Source: Candidatus Poribacteria bacterium
GTDB lineage: Bacteria > Poribacteria > WGA-4E > WGA-3G
Direction: 5' to 3'
Assembly (NCBI GenBank): GCA_958295815.1
Contig: OY282374.1
Coordinates: forward strand, 1,863,917-1,927,916
DNA length: 64,000 bases
The translations under genes were made by a program, and so were the position numbers. The notes beneath the pieces are model-generated. The model did no database searches, was not told the DNA's origin, and saw only the letters and a list, made by a program, of their open reading frames with translations. Positions 18,709 to 28,583 of this stretch are shown here, piece by piece; the stretch's first letter is position 1, and each line of letters begins with the position of its first letter.

Positions 18709-20103
18709 CTACTCATAATCTTCTAATTCATCCCGCAGTCGTTCCAGTTCCGTCTTCAGTTCCGCAACAATCCCCGCATACGATGGATCGGCGTAAACAT
18801 TGTGCATCTCGTGTGGATCCTTCTCCAAATCAAACAGTTCCCATTCCGGTGGTGTAGAACGATCAATCGCACCGCCTGACCCCAATGCCTCACCGTAATA
18901 ATAGATGAGTTTATAACGTTCCGTCCGCACACCGTAGTGTGCCGGAATATTAAAATGCGCGAGGTGCATCCAATACCGGTAATACATGGATGTCCGCCAA
19001 TCCACTGGTGTTTCACCTGCTAACGACGTTCGGAGGCTACGTCCCTGTATATCATCTGGAATTGATATACCGGCATAGTCAAGTAGCGTCGGTGCGAAAT
19101 CGACATTTAGCGTAATCTGTTCACTTACACCCTCCGCTTGAATCTCGCGTGGATACCGGACGAGCAACGGAATCCGCATTGATTCCTCGTACATAAACCG
19201 TTTATCGTACCAGCCGTGATCGCCCAAGAAGAACCCGTGATCTGCTGAATAGATAACGATCGTGTCTTCTGCCAAACCCTCTGCATCCAGATAATCGAGC
19301 AGGCGACCGACGTTCTCATCGATGGCGTGTGCACAACGCAGATAGTTCTGCATATAGCATTGGTAGTTCCAGCGTTTCAAATCATCGCCTTCTAGACCTT
19401 CAGGTGTCGGTTCGGGCAGATGATTTTTCTGTTGCATGATGTCTACCTTTGCTGTGTTCATTGCAGCGGCTGCCGCTCGATTTTCATAATCATCGTTGAA
19501 AGTCGGTGGCTCAGGAATTTCGTCCGTATAGAGACCCAGATGCTTCGGATTCGGAAAAAACGGATCGTGGGTCGCTTTGTAGGTCGTCATCAGGAAAAAC
19601 GGCTGATCCGTATCCCTGTTCTGTAGCCAATTGAGCGAACTGTCAGTCAGGATGTCCGCGGAATACCCATCGAATTTTTTCCGTTCTCCCATCTCAATCA
19701 TCTCAGGGTCGATATGTGCACCTTGCACGGGAAACACATTCCAGTAATCGAATCCGTGTGGATCGCTGACACCGCCGTGCCCAAGGTGCCACTTCCCAAC
19801 AATCGCTGTCTGGTATCCGTCAGCGTGCAGTTGTTGTGCGATTGTCTGTTCCTGTGTGTGGTCGATTGTGTCCGAAAGGGTTTTGATGCCGGTCTTATGG
19901 CTATATTTTCCCGTCATGATAGAGCCACGTGCCGGTGTGCAAATAGCGTTTGTGCAAAAGCAGTTATTGAATCGCATCCCGCCGTTGCCAATTCTATCAA
20001 TATTCGGGGTACGGTTCATCTCGCTTCCGTAGCAGCTAATTGCCGGTGCGGCGTGGTCATCCGACACAATGAGAAGTATATTTGGTTTGTCTGTCGTTGG
20101 CAT
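18709..20103 (-). CDS. Formylglycine-dependent sulfatase (N-acetylglucosamine-6-sulfatase-like)
   Basis: PNILLIVSDDH, CTPAR, GKWHLG, DHGFFLGDHGWYDKRFMYEES. Confidence 0.93.
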   Translation of the reverse strand: MPTTDKPNILLIVSDDHAAPAISCYGSEMNRTPNIDRIGNGGMRFNNCFCTNAICTPARGSIMTGKYSHKTGIKTLSDTIDHTQEQTIAQQLHADGYQTAIVGKWHLGHGGVSDPHGFDYWNVFPVQGAHIDPEMIEMGERKKFDGYSADILTDSSLNWLQNRDTDQPFFLMTTYKATHDPFFPNPKHLGLYTDEIPEPPTFNDDYENRAAAAAMNTAKVDIMQQKNHLPEPTPEGLEGDDLKRWNYQCYMQNYLRCAHAIDENVGRLLDYLDAEGLAEDTIVIYSADHGFFLGDHGWYDKRFMYEESMRIPLLVRYPREIQAEGVSEQITLNVDFAPTLLDYAGISIPDDIQGRSLRTSLAGETPVDWRTSMYYRYWMHLAHFNIPAHYGVRTERYKLIYYYGEALGSGGAIDRSTPPEWELFDLEKDPHEMHNVYADPSYAGIVAELKTELERLRDELEDYE

Positions 20104-20106
20104 AGT

Positions 20107-21129
20107 TTATTCCCAAGGTTTGAGGATAATCTTAGAGCTTTCGTGAGATGTTGAGGTCTCGAATGCCTGTTGGATCTCGCTCATCGGGTACACATTGCTG
20201 ATGAGCAGATCAAGGAGCGATGAACCTTCGATGACTTTCATCAATCCAGGGAATTGGTTAAGGTTATAGTGCCATGCGCCAGCGAGGCGTAACCCTTTGC
20301 CGATGAGATCTGGACTGACGTGGAGAACAGTGTCGTTTCTACCGCTTTGTCCGACAAACGCGATAGTCCCGCGTCTACGTGTCGCGTCAATGCAGAGTCG
20401 ATGCGCTTGTACGTTCCCAGAACAATCGAGTGCAAAATCCACACCGCTTCCATCTGTTGTGAGATCGCGGATCTGATCGACAGCATCTTCATCCGTTGGG
20501 TTGATAACCGCTTTGACGCCCATCTGTTTTGCGCGTTCAACGCGCCACGGAATCAGTTCCGCTGCAATGACTTTCGCGCCACGGAAACGCGCATTGGTAA
20601 TCGCTCCGAAACCGACGGGACCTATCCCAGTGATTAGCACAGTGTGTGTTGCATTGACCCCCATCTCATCGAACGCACGATAGGACGGACCCAAGGCACA
20701 ACACGCGAGCGAGGCGTGTTCGTAGGACACGTTATCTGGAATCTTCGGAAGCAACCAAGACGGTTTGAGAATGTACTGTGCCATCGTCGCGTTACCATAA
20801 CTGGAACCGACAAATTCCTCAAAATTGTAGTTGTTTTCACAGTGGATGTAATCTCCGTCGGTGCAAAGCACGCATTTTCCGCACGGGTATTGCGGCATCA
20901 CAACCACCCGGTCGCCGACTTCTACTTTTCCGGGTTGAGCGACATCCACAACCTCGCCAGCTGCTTCGTGTCCGAGCCGATCGGTCTCGTGTCCATATTC
21001 AAAAGCATGATATTCGGTACACATCGGTGATGCGTGAATCTTTACAACGACCCAATCCTCTTTCGGGGTCGGATCTGGTACGTCAACAAGTCCTGCTTGC
21101 CGTTCACCTAAGATTGCTGCTACTTTCAT
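20107..21129 (-). CDS. Zinc-dependent alcohol/sugar dehydrogenase
   Basis: GHEAAG, structural Zn motif CGKCVLC...C, GIGPVG. Confidence 0.92.
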   Translation of the reverse strand: MKVAAILGERQAGLVDVPDPTPKEDWVVVKIHASPMCTEYHAFEYGHETDRLGHEAAGEVVDVAQPGKVEVGDRVVVMPQYPCGKCVLCTDGDYIHCENNYNFEEFVGSSYGNATMAQYILKPSWLLPKIPDNVSYEHASLACCALGPSYRAFDEMGVNATHTVLITGIGPVGFGAITNARFRGAKVIAAELIPWRVERAKQMGVKAVINPTDEDAVDQIRDLTTDGSGVDFALDCSGNVQAHRLCIDATRRRGTIAFVGQSGRNDTVLHVSPDLIGKGLRLAGAWHYNLNQFPGLMKVIEGSSLLDLLISNVYPMSEIQQAFETSTSHESSKIILKPWE

Positions 21130-21278
21130 TATAATTCCTCGTATTTTTGATTGAATATGTAGAGATATTTTGGTTAAACTACCTCACATTTTAGCATAGG
21201 TTGATCTATAAAGCAAGTTGTGGAATTTTGATAGATAGGGGTGGATTGTCAGAATCAGAATTTTCAAGATGGGGGATG

Positions 21279-21308
21279 GTTATAAGTTATAAGTTATAAG
21301 TTAAGAGT
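21279..21308. repeat. Heptamer tandem repeat (GTTATAA-type)
   Basis: TTATAAG x3 then TTAAGAG; degenerate relatives at 5741-5768, 12133-12165 (reverse) and 57641-57660. Confidence 0.65.
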
Positions 21309-21406
21309 CGGGAAATGTAAAGCTAAGACAAAATGTGCTCCTAAAGCACAATCTGAACACCTCGCGTATTGGAAAACTGAATGACCACGATGACCAAAAA
21401 GTTTCC

Positions 21407-21435
21407 TTGACAAAATTAGCAAAAGTCTGTTTAAT
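21407..21435 (+). promoter_or_regulatory. Sigma70-type promoter for RidA-fabV region
   Basis: TTGACA-N17-TTTAAT. Confidence 0.55.
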
Positions 21436-21574
21436 AATAGAGGCAGATATGAACAATTAGAGTAAGCTTCGGCTTGCTTAGGTCGCAGCTTGCCAGCCCA
21501 TATTCCAAAGAACACTAAGACTGCTGTATTTACGGCATACTATAATTTAATCCATTTACAAAAGGACGCATTAG

Positions 21575-22036
21575 ATGAAAATAGAACAACGACTTGAAGA
21601 GTTAGGTATTGAACTACCGGAACCAGCGGTACCCGTGGCAAATTACGTCACAACCGTACAGACCGGCAATGTCATATTTACGTCAGGACATGGACCCGGA
21701 ACAGGCGAAGGTCCAATCTATAAAAGCCAACTCGGTACCGATGCCACTATTGAAGAAGGCTACGCATCGGCACGTCAGGTGGCGCTCGGTTTGTTGAGTA
21801 CCCTCAAACATGCCCTCGGTGATCTCGACCGAGTTAAGCGTGTTATCAAAGTGGTAGGGTTCGTCAATTCAGCACCCGACTTCATCGATCAGCCCGCGGT
21901 CGTCAACGGTGCCTCCGATCTTTTCGTTGAAGTGTTCGGCGATAAAGGCAAACATGCCCGCTCCGCAGTCGGTATGGTGCAACTGCCTGGTGGAATCCCG
22001 GTTGAAGTTGAAATGGTCGTTGAGATTGAAGACTAA
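21575..22036 (+). CDS. RidA/YjgF family protein
   Basis: ANYV...SGHGP, NGASDLFVEVFG, HARSAVG, PVEVE. Confidence 0.93.
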   Translation: MKIEQRLEELGIELPEPAVPVANYVTTVQTGNVIFTSGHGPGTGEGPIYKSQLGTDATIEEGYASARQVALGLLSTLKHALGDLDRVKRVIKVVGFVNSAPDFIDQPAVVNGASDLFVEVFGDKGKHARSAVGMVQLPGGIPVEVEMVVEIED

Positions 22037-22059
22037 CCCCTTGAGAAAAGAAGGATATA

Positions 22060-23253
22060 ATGGCAGTTCAAATAGTTAAACCTCGGATACGCGGGTTTAT
22101 TTGCACCAATGCCCATCCGGTCGGTTGTCAGACGAATGTACTAAACCAGATAGGTGAGATTAAACAAGGTATTCCGCAGAAAGAGACGGGTATGAACGCT
22201 CTTGTCATCGGAGCATCGACGGGATATGGGCTTGCCTCTCGCATCGCTTTAACATGGGCTTACGGTGCCAAAACGCTTGGACTTCTCTATGAACGTCCAG
22301 CCGATGCCAGACGCACCGCAACAGCAGGTTACTATAACACCGCTGCTTTCCATCAACAGGCAGCGACAGACGGGTTTTACGCCGACAGTCTCAACGGAGA
22401 TGCGTTTTCCCATGAGATGAAAGCGGAAGCTATTAACCGGCTCAAAGTAGACTTTGGCAAAGTAGATACCGTCGTCTATAGTATCGCAGCACCACGCCGA
22501 ATACATCCGAACACAGGGGCATCACACGGATCCGTTCTTAAACCAATCAGCGCGCCCTATACAGGAAAAACGATCGACCTGAATCGTGAAGCCGTCGCAT
22601 CGGTAACGATTGAACCTGCGAGTCCGCAAGAGATTACTGATACGATCGCTGTGATGGGCGGTGAGGATTTAGAGATGTGGGTTGATGCATTAGCTGACGC
22701 TGAATTGCTCGCACCAGAGGTGACGGTTGTCGCCTATACCTATATCGGGAGTTCCTTGACCTGGCCTATTTATCGAGACGGGACCATCGGTAGAGCGAAA
22801 GACGATTTGAAGGCACGTGTGGACACACTTGACGAACGGCTCGCAAACCAACTCGGCGGAAGAGCCTATATTTCGGTGAACAAAGCCGTTGTTACGCAAG
22901 CCTCTGCAGCGATTCCTGTTGTACCACTTTATATCAGTATCCTTTATGACATTATGAACGCCAAGGGTATCAATGAAGCACCCATTGGACAGATGAAACG
23001 GCTTTTCTCAGAGCATCTCGGACCCGGGTTACAGCCCCAACTTGATGCTGAACGTTATATCCGGCTTGATGACCGCGAGTTGCAACCTGAAGTGACCGAC
23101 GCGGTAACTGAGCGGTGGGAACAAATTGATACCGACAATTTCCATGAACTCTCCGATTACGCAGGCTACAGACGACGCTTCCGAAATCTCTTTGGGTTTG
23201 AAGTTGAAGGGGTGGACTATGATGAAGCGGTCGAGACGGAATTAGTATTTTAG
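22060..23253 (+). CDS. fabV: Enoyl-ACP / trans-2-enoyl-CoA reductase FabV
   Basis: PRIRGFICTNAHPVGC, GASTGYGLASRI, VMGGED, YRDGTIGRAK (YX8K), FGFEVEGVDY. Confidence 0.95.
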   Translation: MAVQIVKPRIRGFICTNAHPVGCQTNVLNQIGEIKQGIPQKETGMNALVIGASTGYGLASRIALTWAYGAKTLGLLYERPADARRTATAGYYNTAAFHQQAATDGFYADSLNGDAFSHEMKAEAINRLKVDFGKVDTVVYSIAAPRRIHPNTGASHGSVLKPISAPYTGKTIDLNREAVASVTIEPASPQEITDTIAVMGGEDLEMWVDALADAELLAPEVTVVAYTYIGSSLTWPIYRDGTIGRAKDDLKARVDTLDERLANQLGGRAYISVNKAVVTQASAAIPVVPLYISILYDIMNAKGINEAPIGQMKRLFSEHLGPGLQPQLDAERYIRLDDRELQPEVTDAVTERWEQIDTDNFHELSDYAGYRRRFRNLFGFEVEGVDYDEAVETELVF

Positions 23254-23283
23254 GAATAGTGGACTGCGATAGTTGGAGTCTTA

Positions 23284-23619
23284 ATGCGTCATGTTCATCC
23301 GAGAGAAGTCCAGTTCTACAATGCTCCAAACGAGCGGGAGCCCTTTACTGAATGGTTTGAATCGATTCGAGATCAAACGACACAAACCAGAATTCAAAAA
23401 CGGCTCGTGAGGCTTGAAAGTGGCAATTATGGTGATTGTCACTCTGTGGGTGAAGGTGTGTTTGAGTTACGAATCCATTTTGGTCCAGGATATCGTATCT
23501 ATTTCAGTGAGGTGGATAACACAAACATTCTTGTGCTCTGTGGAGGGGATAAATCATCACAGGAGCGGGACATTGAACGTGCAAAAGCCTACTGGTTAGA
23601 ATATAAGGGGACACGGTGA
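23284..23619 (+). CDS. RelE/ParE-family toxin (addiction module killer type)
   Basis: PFTEWF, GNYGDCHSVGEGVFELRIHFGPGYRIY, LCGGDKSSQERDI. Confidence 0.92.
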   Translation: MRHVHPREVQFYNAPNEREPFTEWFESIRDQTTQTRIQKRLVRLESGNYGDCHSVGEGVFELRIHFGPGYRIYFSEVDNTNILVLCGGDKSSQERDIERAKAYWLEYKGTR

Positions 23620-24029
23620 TGAGAAAACTGAGAACCTTGCGGGAATTCCAAATGGAACAACTTGCTGATCCAGCAGCGGCGATTAACTACTTGCAAGTGA
23701 CCTTGCAAGAGTACCAAAATGATGGAGATACATCTTTTTTTCTCCGCGAAATCTGGACTGTTGTGGAAGCACAGGGTGGAGTCTCCGAATTTGCCAAGAA
23801 AACTAACATTGAGCCACAAGTTCTCTCAGACGTATTCACCGGCGAGAAGGTGCTGCAGCTTGATGTATTCAGTGCTATTCTGTGTGCGCTTGGGGGTCGG
23901 TTGTCGATTGAGTCTCTAAAGGACGCAAGTTATAACCAGGATTGTGGAGATAAGAATTATTCAGCTGCCCCAACGGAAGGCACAGATTCGAGTCTTGAAG
24001 TTGCTACCAAGAGCGGTAATCTCCAGTAA
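23616..24029 (+). CDS. Addiction-module antidote protein (HTH antitoxin)
   Basis: Overlaps toxin stop; YLQVTL...VVEAQGGVSEFAKKT...ALG HTH pattern. Confidence 0.85.
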   Translation: MMRKLRTLREFQMEQLADPAAAINYLQVTLQEYQNDGDTSFFLREIWTVVEAQGGVSEFAKKTNIEPQVLSDVFTGEKVLQLDVFSAILCALGGRLSIESLKDASYNQDCGDKNYSAAPTEGTDSSLEVATKSGNLQ

Positions 24030-24142
24030 CTGGTATATTCAGGATTTACACAAATTGCTTCTAATTGTGTAAAAATGTGAAAACAAAAATCTCTTCTGAG
24101 ATTTTTAATATTATTTTTTTTGAAAAAATTAAGGAGAAAACT

Positions 24143-24871
24143 ATGGCACAACCAATTCAGGTTACAGTCTGGAATGAATTTAGGCACGAGAAAACCAACG
24201 AGTTCATTCGTGGTCTCTACCCAAAAGGCATTCACGCCGCGATTGCTGATGGACTCGACAAGGCGGGTGGGTTTAAAGTCCGAAGCGCAACTTTGGATGA
24301 ACCCGAACACGGTTTGACTGACGATGTGCTCGCAAACACGGATGTCTTGATCTGGTGGGGACATGCCGCACACGGCGCAGTTGAAGATGAAATTGCTGCT
24401 AAAGTTCGCGCACGTGTGTTGGATGGCATGGGACTTATTGTCCTTCACTCTGCACATTATTCTAAACCTTTCGTGGGTTTGATGGGCACCTCATGTAGCC
24501 TCAAATGGCGTGAAGCCGGTGAAAAGGAACGTCTCTGGGTAATTGAGCATGGACACCCGATCGTCGAAGGGTTAGGCGAATACTTTGAGCTTGAACACGC
24601 CGAGATGTATGGCGAACCCTTTGATATTCCTGAACCTGACACACTTGTTTTGGTCAGTTGGTTCCCGGGTGGCGAAGTGTTCCGAAGCGGTTGTTGTTAC
24701 TATCGCGGAAGAGGTAAAATCTTCTATTTCCGTCCGGGTCATGAGACGTACCCGATCTATTACGACGAGAACGTCCGACATGTGATCGCCAACGCTTCAC
24801 GGTGGGCGGCACCGGGTAATGCGCCGACCCCGGTCTTCGGAAACGCACAACCCTTAGAGCCTTTAGAATAA
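24143..24871 (+). CDS. ThuA (trehalose utilization) domain protein
   Basis: [41 protein letters not shown]; start set at MAQP after AAGGAG. Confidence 0.92.
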   Translation: MAQPIQVTVWNEFRHEKTNEFIRGLYPKGIHAAIADGLDKAGGFKVRSATLDEPEHGLTDDVLANTDVLIWWGHAAHGAVEDEIAAKVRARVLDGMGLIVLHSAHYSKPFVGLMGTSCSLKWREAGEKERLWVIEHGHPIVEGLGEYFELEHAEMYGEPFDIPEPDTLVLVSWFPGGEVFRSGCCYYRGRGKIFYFRPGHETYPIYYDENVRHVIANASRWAAPGNAPTPVFGNAQPLEPLE

Positions 24872-24881
24872 GTCGTCCGAG

Positions 24882-24911
24882 AATGAGCGGGTTCTTCTGA
24901 ACCCGCTCATT
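24882..24911. terminator. Perfect 13-bp hairpin (terminator or mRNA processing site)
   Basis: AATGAGCGGGTTC-TTCT-GAACCCGCTCATT between the ThuA and transporter genes; no T tail. Confidence 0.55.
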
Positions 24912-24929
24912 GCCGTTAGGAAACCCGCT

Positions 24930-26414
24930 ATGCAGTCTGAGGAAAACCAAAATACTGAACCTGTTGACATTCCACCAGTTACCGGTCCTTATGCTGAACC
25001 GTGGTCTTTGAAGAAAATAATCGCGCTCGCTGCTGTGTTTGGACCTGCGGCGATTGTTGCTTCTGTAAGTATTGGTGCTGGTGAAACGATTGTCGTCGTC
25101 CGAGCAGGGGCATGGGCAGGATATAATCTCCTTTGGCTTGTGCTGCTCAGCTGCGTCGTGAAAGGAATTTTTGTCACCTATCTACTCGGACGCTATACGG
25201 CAGTCAGCGGTGAATATATTGGCAACCGGCTCGTCAAATTACCTGGACCGCGAGGATGGTTCCTCATCGCGATTGTTATCTTTGAGATGGTAGGTGCTCC
25301 TTTAGCATGGGTGCCGATTGGCAAACCGTGCGGGGCACTCCTCCATTTTTTGTTCAAGGATGCCTTGCCTTCCGGTGTTTCACAGGGGGTATGGGAAAAC
25401 CTAATCACATCTTGTTTCATCACCTTCGCACTTCTTTTCGGTCTACGGATCTCCTTTGAAAAACTCGAAAAACAGCAACTCATTATCTGTGCTATCCTCG
25501 TTGTAGGAACTATCATTGGCACCTTGATGGTGCGACCCGACTTCGGCAAGGCATTGGTTGGGAGTCTTCGCTTTGGATATTTGCCCGAATTCCCCGAATG
25601 GGCGCCCAAGGACGCTATTGAAAACCCGCTATTGACAATGGCGACAGCGTTCGGTTACGTCGGTGGTTCTGTCATGGGGTACATCGTCTACGCGAATTGG
25701 GTGAGCGTTCACCGCTGGGGCATGACATCGCATCAGAACATTGGATCTGTCCGCCAGCGTGCCGCGAATCGGGATAGAATTGATTATCTTCCAGATCAAC
25801 CTGAAAAGGTTGCCCAACTTCGTCAAATCCTCTCTCCTCTACGATGGGACATTGGTATTGGGGCGATCGTACTATTCATCGTGACAGGCGCATTCATGAT
25901 CTCAGGTGCTGCCGTATTGTATGGTATGGAAAGCACTTTTGAGGGTTGGAGTCTGTTGACCGATCAGGCGAGCGTCTGGCAAAATATTCACGGTTCACTC
26001 GTCTGGGTATATTATATCTGTATTATCGTTGCACTTTGGGGAACGCTGCAGGCACTCCCAGAAATCTACGCACGGGTGATGCAAGAGTTTTTTCAGGCAG
26101 TCTGGCCCCACCGCGAATGGAGCTACGATACGCTTCGTAGGTGGGTCTGTCTCTATATCTTTGTTACGACGATGGTGCTGATCTGGTTGAATATCCCGTT
26201 TGACATCTTGACACATATCGCTGGTTTTATTTTAGCGAATTTCTCAATTGCCTTGATGATGCTTGCTGCTTTGTATTTGAATTCGAAACTACCAACTGCG
26301 TATCGGACACGTCCATTCATGTTCATTGGTGCGCTTGTTTCCGCAGCCGTTCTTGTTACGTTTGCTGGGATTAGTGGATGGGGTTTGTTTGTCAGACTTT
26401 TCGCTGGCGTTTAA
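24930..26414 (+). CDS. Nramp-like (APC superfamily) transporter
   Basis: About 11 hydrophobic segments; FGPAAIVASVSIGAGE TM1 motif; GYNLLW. Confidence 0.8.
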   Translation: MQSEENQNTEPVDIPPVTGPYAEPWSLKKIIALAAVFGPAAIVASVSIGAGETIVVVRAGAWAGYNLLWLVLLSCVVKGIFVTYLLGRYTAVSGEYIGNRLVKLPGPRGWFLIAIVIFEMVGAPLAWVPIGKPCGALLHFLFKDALPSGVSQGVWENLITSCFITFALLFGLRISFEKLEKQQLIICAILVVGTIIGTLMVRPDFGKALVGSLRFGYLPEFPEWAPKDAIENPLLTMATAFGYVGGSVMGYIVYANWVSVHRWGMTSHQNIGSVRQRAANRDRIDYLPDQPEKVAQLRQILSPLRWDIGIGAIVLFIVTGAFMISGAAVLYGMESTFEGWSLLTDQASVWQNIHGSLVWVYYICIIVALWGTLQALPEIYARVMQEFFQAVWPHREWSYDTLRRWVCLYIFVTTMVLIWLNIPFDILTHIAGFILANFSIALMMLAALYLNSKLPTAYRTRPFMFIGALVSAAVLVTFAGISGWGLFVRLFAGV

Positions 26415-26416
26415 GA

Positions 26417-26445
26417 TTGACACCGGACCCCTAAAAGTATAGAAT
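26417..26445 (+). promoter_or_regulatory. Sigma70-type promoter for PhyH gene
   Basis: TTGACA-N17-TAGAAT; RBS AGGAGGAG downstream. Confidence 0.65.
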
Positions 26446-26484
26446 ACTGTCAACAACTCTGAATCTTCAGGAGGAGATGGAACG

Positions 26485-27207
26485 ATGGCAGACATCAAAG
26501 ATAAACTCGCGCAGCTACAGAAAGAAGGTTACGTTTTAATAGAGGGCGCGTTGTCTCCAGAGGAGACTGAAAATATACGTCAGCGCGTTAATTATGCGCG
26601 CGAAAAGGGCTGGGAGGAAGGCTTAAACGCTGTTGGCAATATGTGGTTTGATACCCTCCTTGATCGGGAACCCGATACCTATCAGCCACTCGTAGGTCAC
26701 CCGAGCGTCCGTCCTTATCTTGAAGGGTTGATGGGCAAGCAGTGTCAACTCCGAAGCCTACGCGCACACATCAATCCGGGTCCGTATCTCCAAGAGTGGC
26801 ACATGGACTTTTACGGCTATTGGCAGGAAAAACGCTACGTTGAAGAACATCCTTTTGCCATGGCTCCCGTAGGGATTAACACAACATACTATTTTCAGGA
26901 CAATGATCCGGGTGAGGGACACCTCAAGTTCATCAAAGGCGGACATCTGTCAGAGCCGCCGCACCTCTATCCGTTGGATCGTCCAAAATTTGAAGCGTGG
27001 TGTGAATCGCAGGAACACGTTATCCTATATCCGAAAGCCGGTGATTGTGTTCTGTTTATCAATCACATTCCACACCAAGGGGCGAAAGAACGCGACGATA
27101 TGGAGCGGAGCAATGTCGTGTGTCATTATCAGGTAACCCCGATGTATGAAGGCGTTTGGCACGTCTCTCGACCGCGCGGGTATCAAGGCACATTCCCGTT
27201 TGCTTAG
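26485..27207 (+). CDS. PhyH family Fe(II)/2OG oxygenase
   Basis: KEGYVLI, WHMD (HxD), KAGDCVLF, IPHQG, distal Arg. Confidence 0.87.
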   Translation: MADIKDKLAQLQKEGYVLIEGALSPEETENIRQRVNYAREKGWEEGLNAVGNMWFDTLLDREPDTYQPLVGHPSVRPYLEGLMGKQCQLRSLRAHINPGPYLQEWHMDFYGYWQEKRYVEEHPFAMAPVGINTTYYFQDNDPGEGHLKFIKGGHLSEPPHLYPLDRPKFEAWCESQEHVILYPKAGDCVLFINHIPHQGAKERDDMERSNVVCHYQVTPMYEGVWHVSRPRGYQGTFPFA

Positions 27208-27244
27208 TTAGAGATATGTTTTTTCTAAGAACGGTTGCGATTAC
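27146..27244 (+). repeat. Degenerate direct repeat, copy 1 (3' end of PhyH gene plus downstream)
   Basis: GTTTGGCACGTCTCTCGACCGCGCGGGTATCAAGGCACATTCCCGTTTG matches the core of 28453-28557. Confidence 0.85.
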
Positions 27245-27358
27245 TACGGACCTGTGCAGCCGACCTGTCCGACCAGGATTACCTGTAGTGGAGATCGAAG
27301 CACAAACTCCCGAAGGAATGACTGGGTCACAAATCTCATCCAGTAAGTAGGTCAGTCG

Positions 27359-28435
27359 ATGATGATAGAAATGAAGAATTTCAAATTCTATTTTACAGTG
27401 ATAATCCTACTTCTGTTTACCGCCATCGCTTTCGCCCAAGAGGTGAATATGAAACCCAAAGAAAGTGAGCACCGTTCAACGAATAGACTGCGTGTAATCA
27501 TGACGTCGGATTTTCCACCGATTGGTGTCGTCAAGGGAGGCAACTTCCCCAACGATCAAAAGAGCGACCCTGATGATATGCAGTCGATAGTCCGATTTCT
27601 GTTGTATGCCAATGAGTTTGATATCGAAGCACTGGTAGCTTCATCAGGAACTTTTGCCAACATAGCCAGGAAACAGAACATACTGGATGTGATCGACCGC
27701 TACGAAACGGTATATGAGAACCTGAAAAAACATGATCCCTTGTATCCCACTCCGGATTATCTGCGTTCGGTTACTTTCCAGGGGCGTAGCGGCACTTGGG
27801 GTAAAAAGGGTACTGTCAATATCGGTGAAGGCAAAGACAGTGAAGCTTCAGAGGCGATCATCAGCATCGTGGACAAGCCCGATCCTCGTCCGGTCTATAT
27901 TGGCGTCTGGGGCGATTGCAGTGTTGTAGCGCAAGCAGTGTGGAAGGTACAGAATACGCGCAGCACTGCCGACTTGGAAACCTTCCTAAGCAAATTACGT
28001 ATCCATCAAATCGCGACCCAAGATGGCACGATTGGTTGGTTGCGCGATAATTTCCCAAAGTTGTTCATCATTCACTCGCAAAAGACTTATCAAGGGATGT
28101 TCGGCGGAAGCGATCCGATTTCGGACCTCGACTGGGTCAACGAGAACATTCGCAATAACCACGGAGCTCTCTGCGATGTGTATCCGCACGAAGGGATGGG
28201 ATGCACCGGGGTGTGTGAAGGGGATTCGCCTTCGTTCCTGTGGCTAGTGAGTGCGAACCGCGGATTGAACGATCCCGATGACCCCACCCAGGAAAGTTGG
28301 GGCGGACAATTCAAGCGCGTCGGGAACACCAATCACTATGTTGATGGTCCCGGACGCTCGAGCATCTCCAAGTGGCGTTCCGACTATCAGGCGGAGTTCC
28401 AGGAACGCGCAGACTGGTGTATTAGTTCCCCATAG
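27359..28435 (+). CDS. DUF1593 nucleoside-hydrolase-like domain protein, secreted
   Basis: Signal peptide ending AFA; DPDDMQSIVRFLLYANEFDIE, WG, EGDSPSF, SWGGQF, EFQERADW. Confidence 0.87.
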   Translation: MMIEMKNFKFYFTVIILLLFTAIAFAQEVNMKPKESEHRSTNRLRVIMTSDFPPIGVVKGGNFPNDQKSDPDDMQSIVRFLLYANEFDIEALVASSGTFANIARKQNILDVIDRYETVYENLKKHDPLYPTPDYLRSVTFQGRSGTWGKKGTVNIGEGKDSEASEAIISIVDKPDPRPVYIGVWGDCSVVAQAVWKVQNTRSTADLETFLSKLRIHQIATQDGTIGWLRDNFPKLFIIHSQKTYQGMFGGSDPISDLDWVNENIRNNHGALCDVYPHEGMGCTGVCEGDSPSFLWLVSANRGLNDPDDPTQESWGGQFKRVGNTNHYVDGPGRSSISKWRSDYQAEFQERADWCISSP

Positions 28436-28452
28436 CCACACTAAGTTTTCAC

Positions 28453-28557
28453 ATGATGACGTTTGGCCCGTCTCTCGACCGGGCAGGTATCAAGGCACAT
28501 TCCCATTTTTTTTAGTAAGAAATATATTTGAGTTTTTCAAGAGCGGGTGTTAATTAC
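28453..28557 (+). repeat. Degenerate direct repeat, copy 2 (non-coding duplicate of PhyH 3' end)
   Basis: GTTTGGCCCGTCTCTCGACCGGGCAGGTATCAAGGCACATTCCCATTT; translates DVWPVSRPGRYQGTFPF versus GVWHVSRPRGYQGTFPFA. Confidence 0.85.
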
Positions 28558-28583
28558 ATCCACTATAGGAATGGAGGACACTC

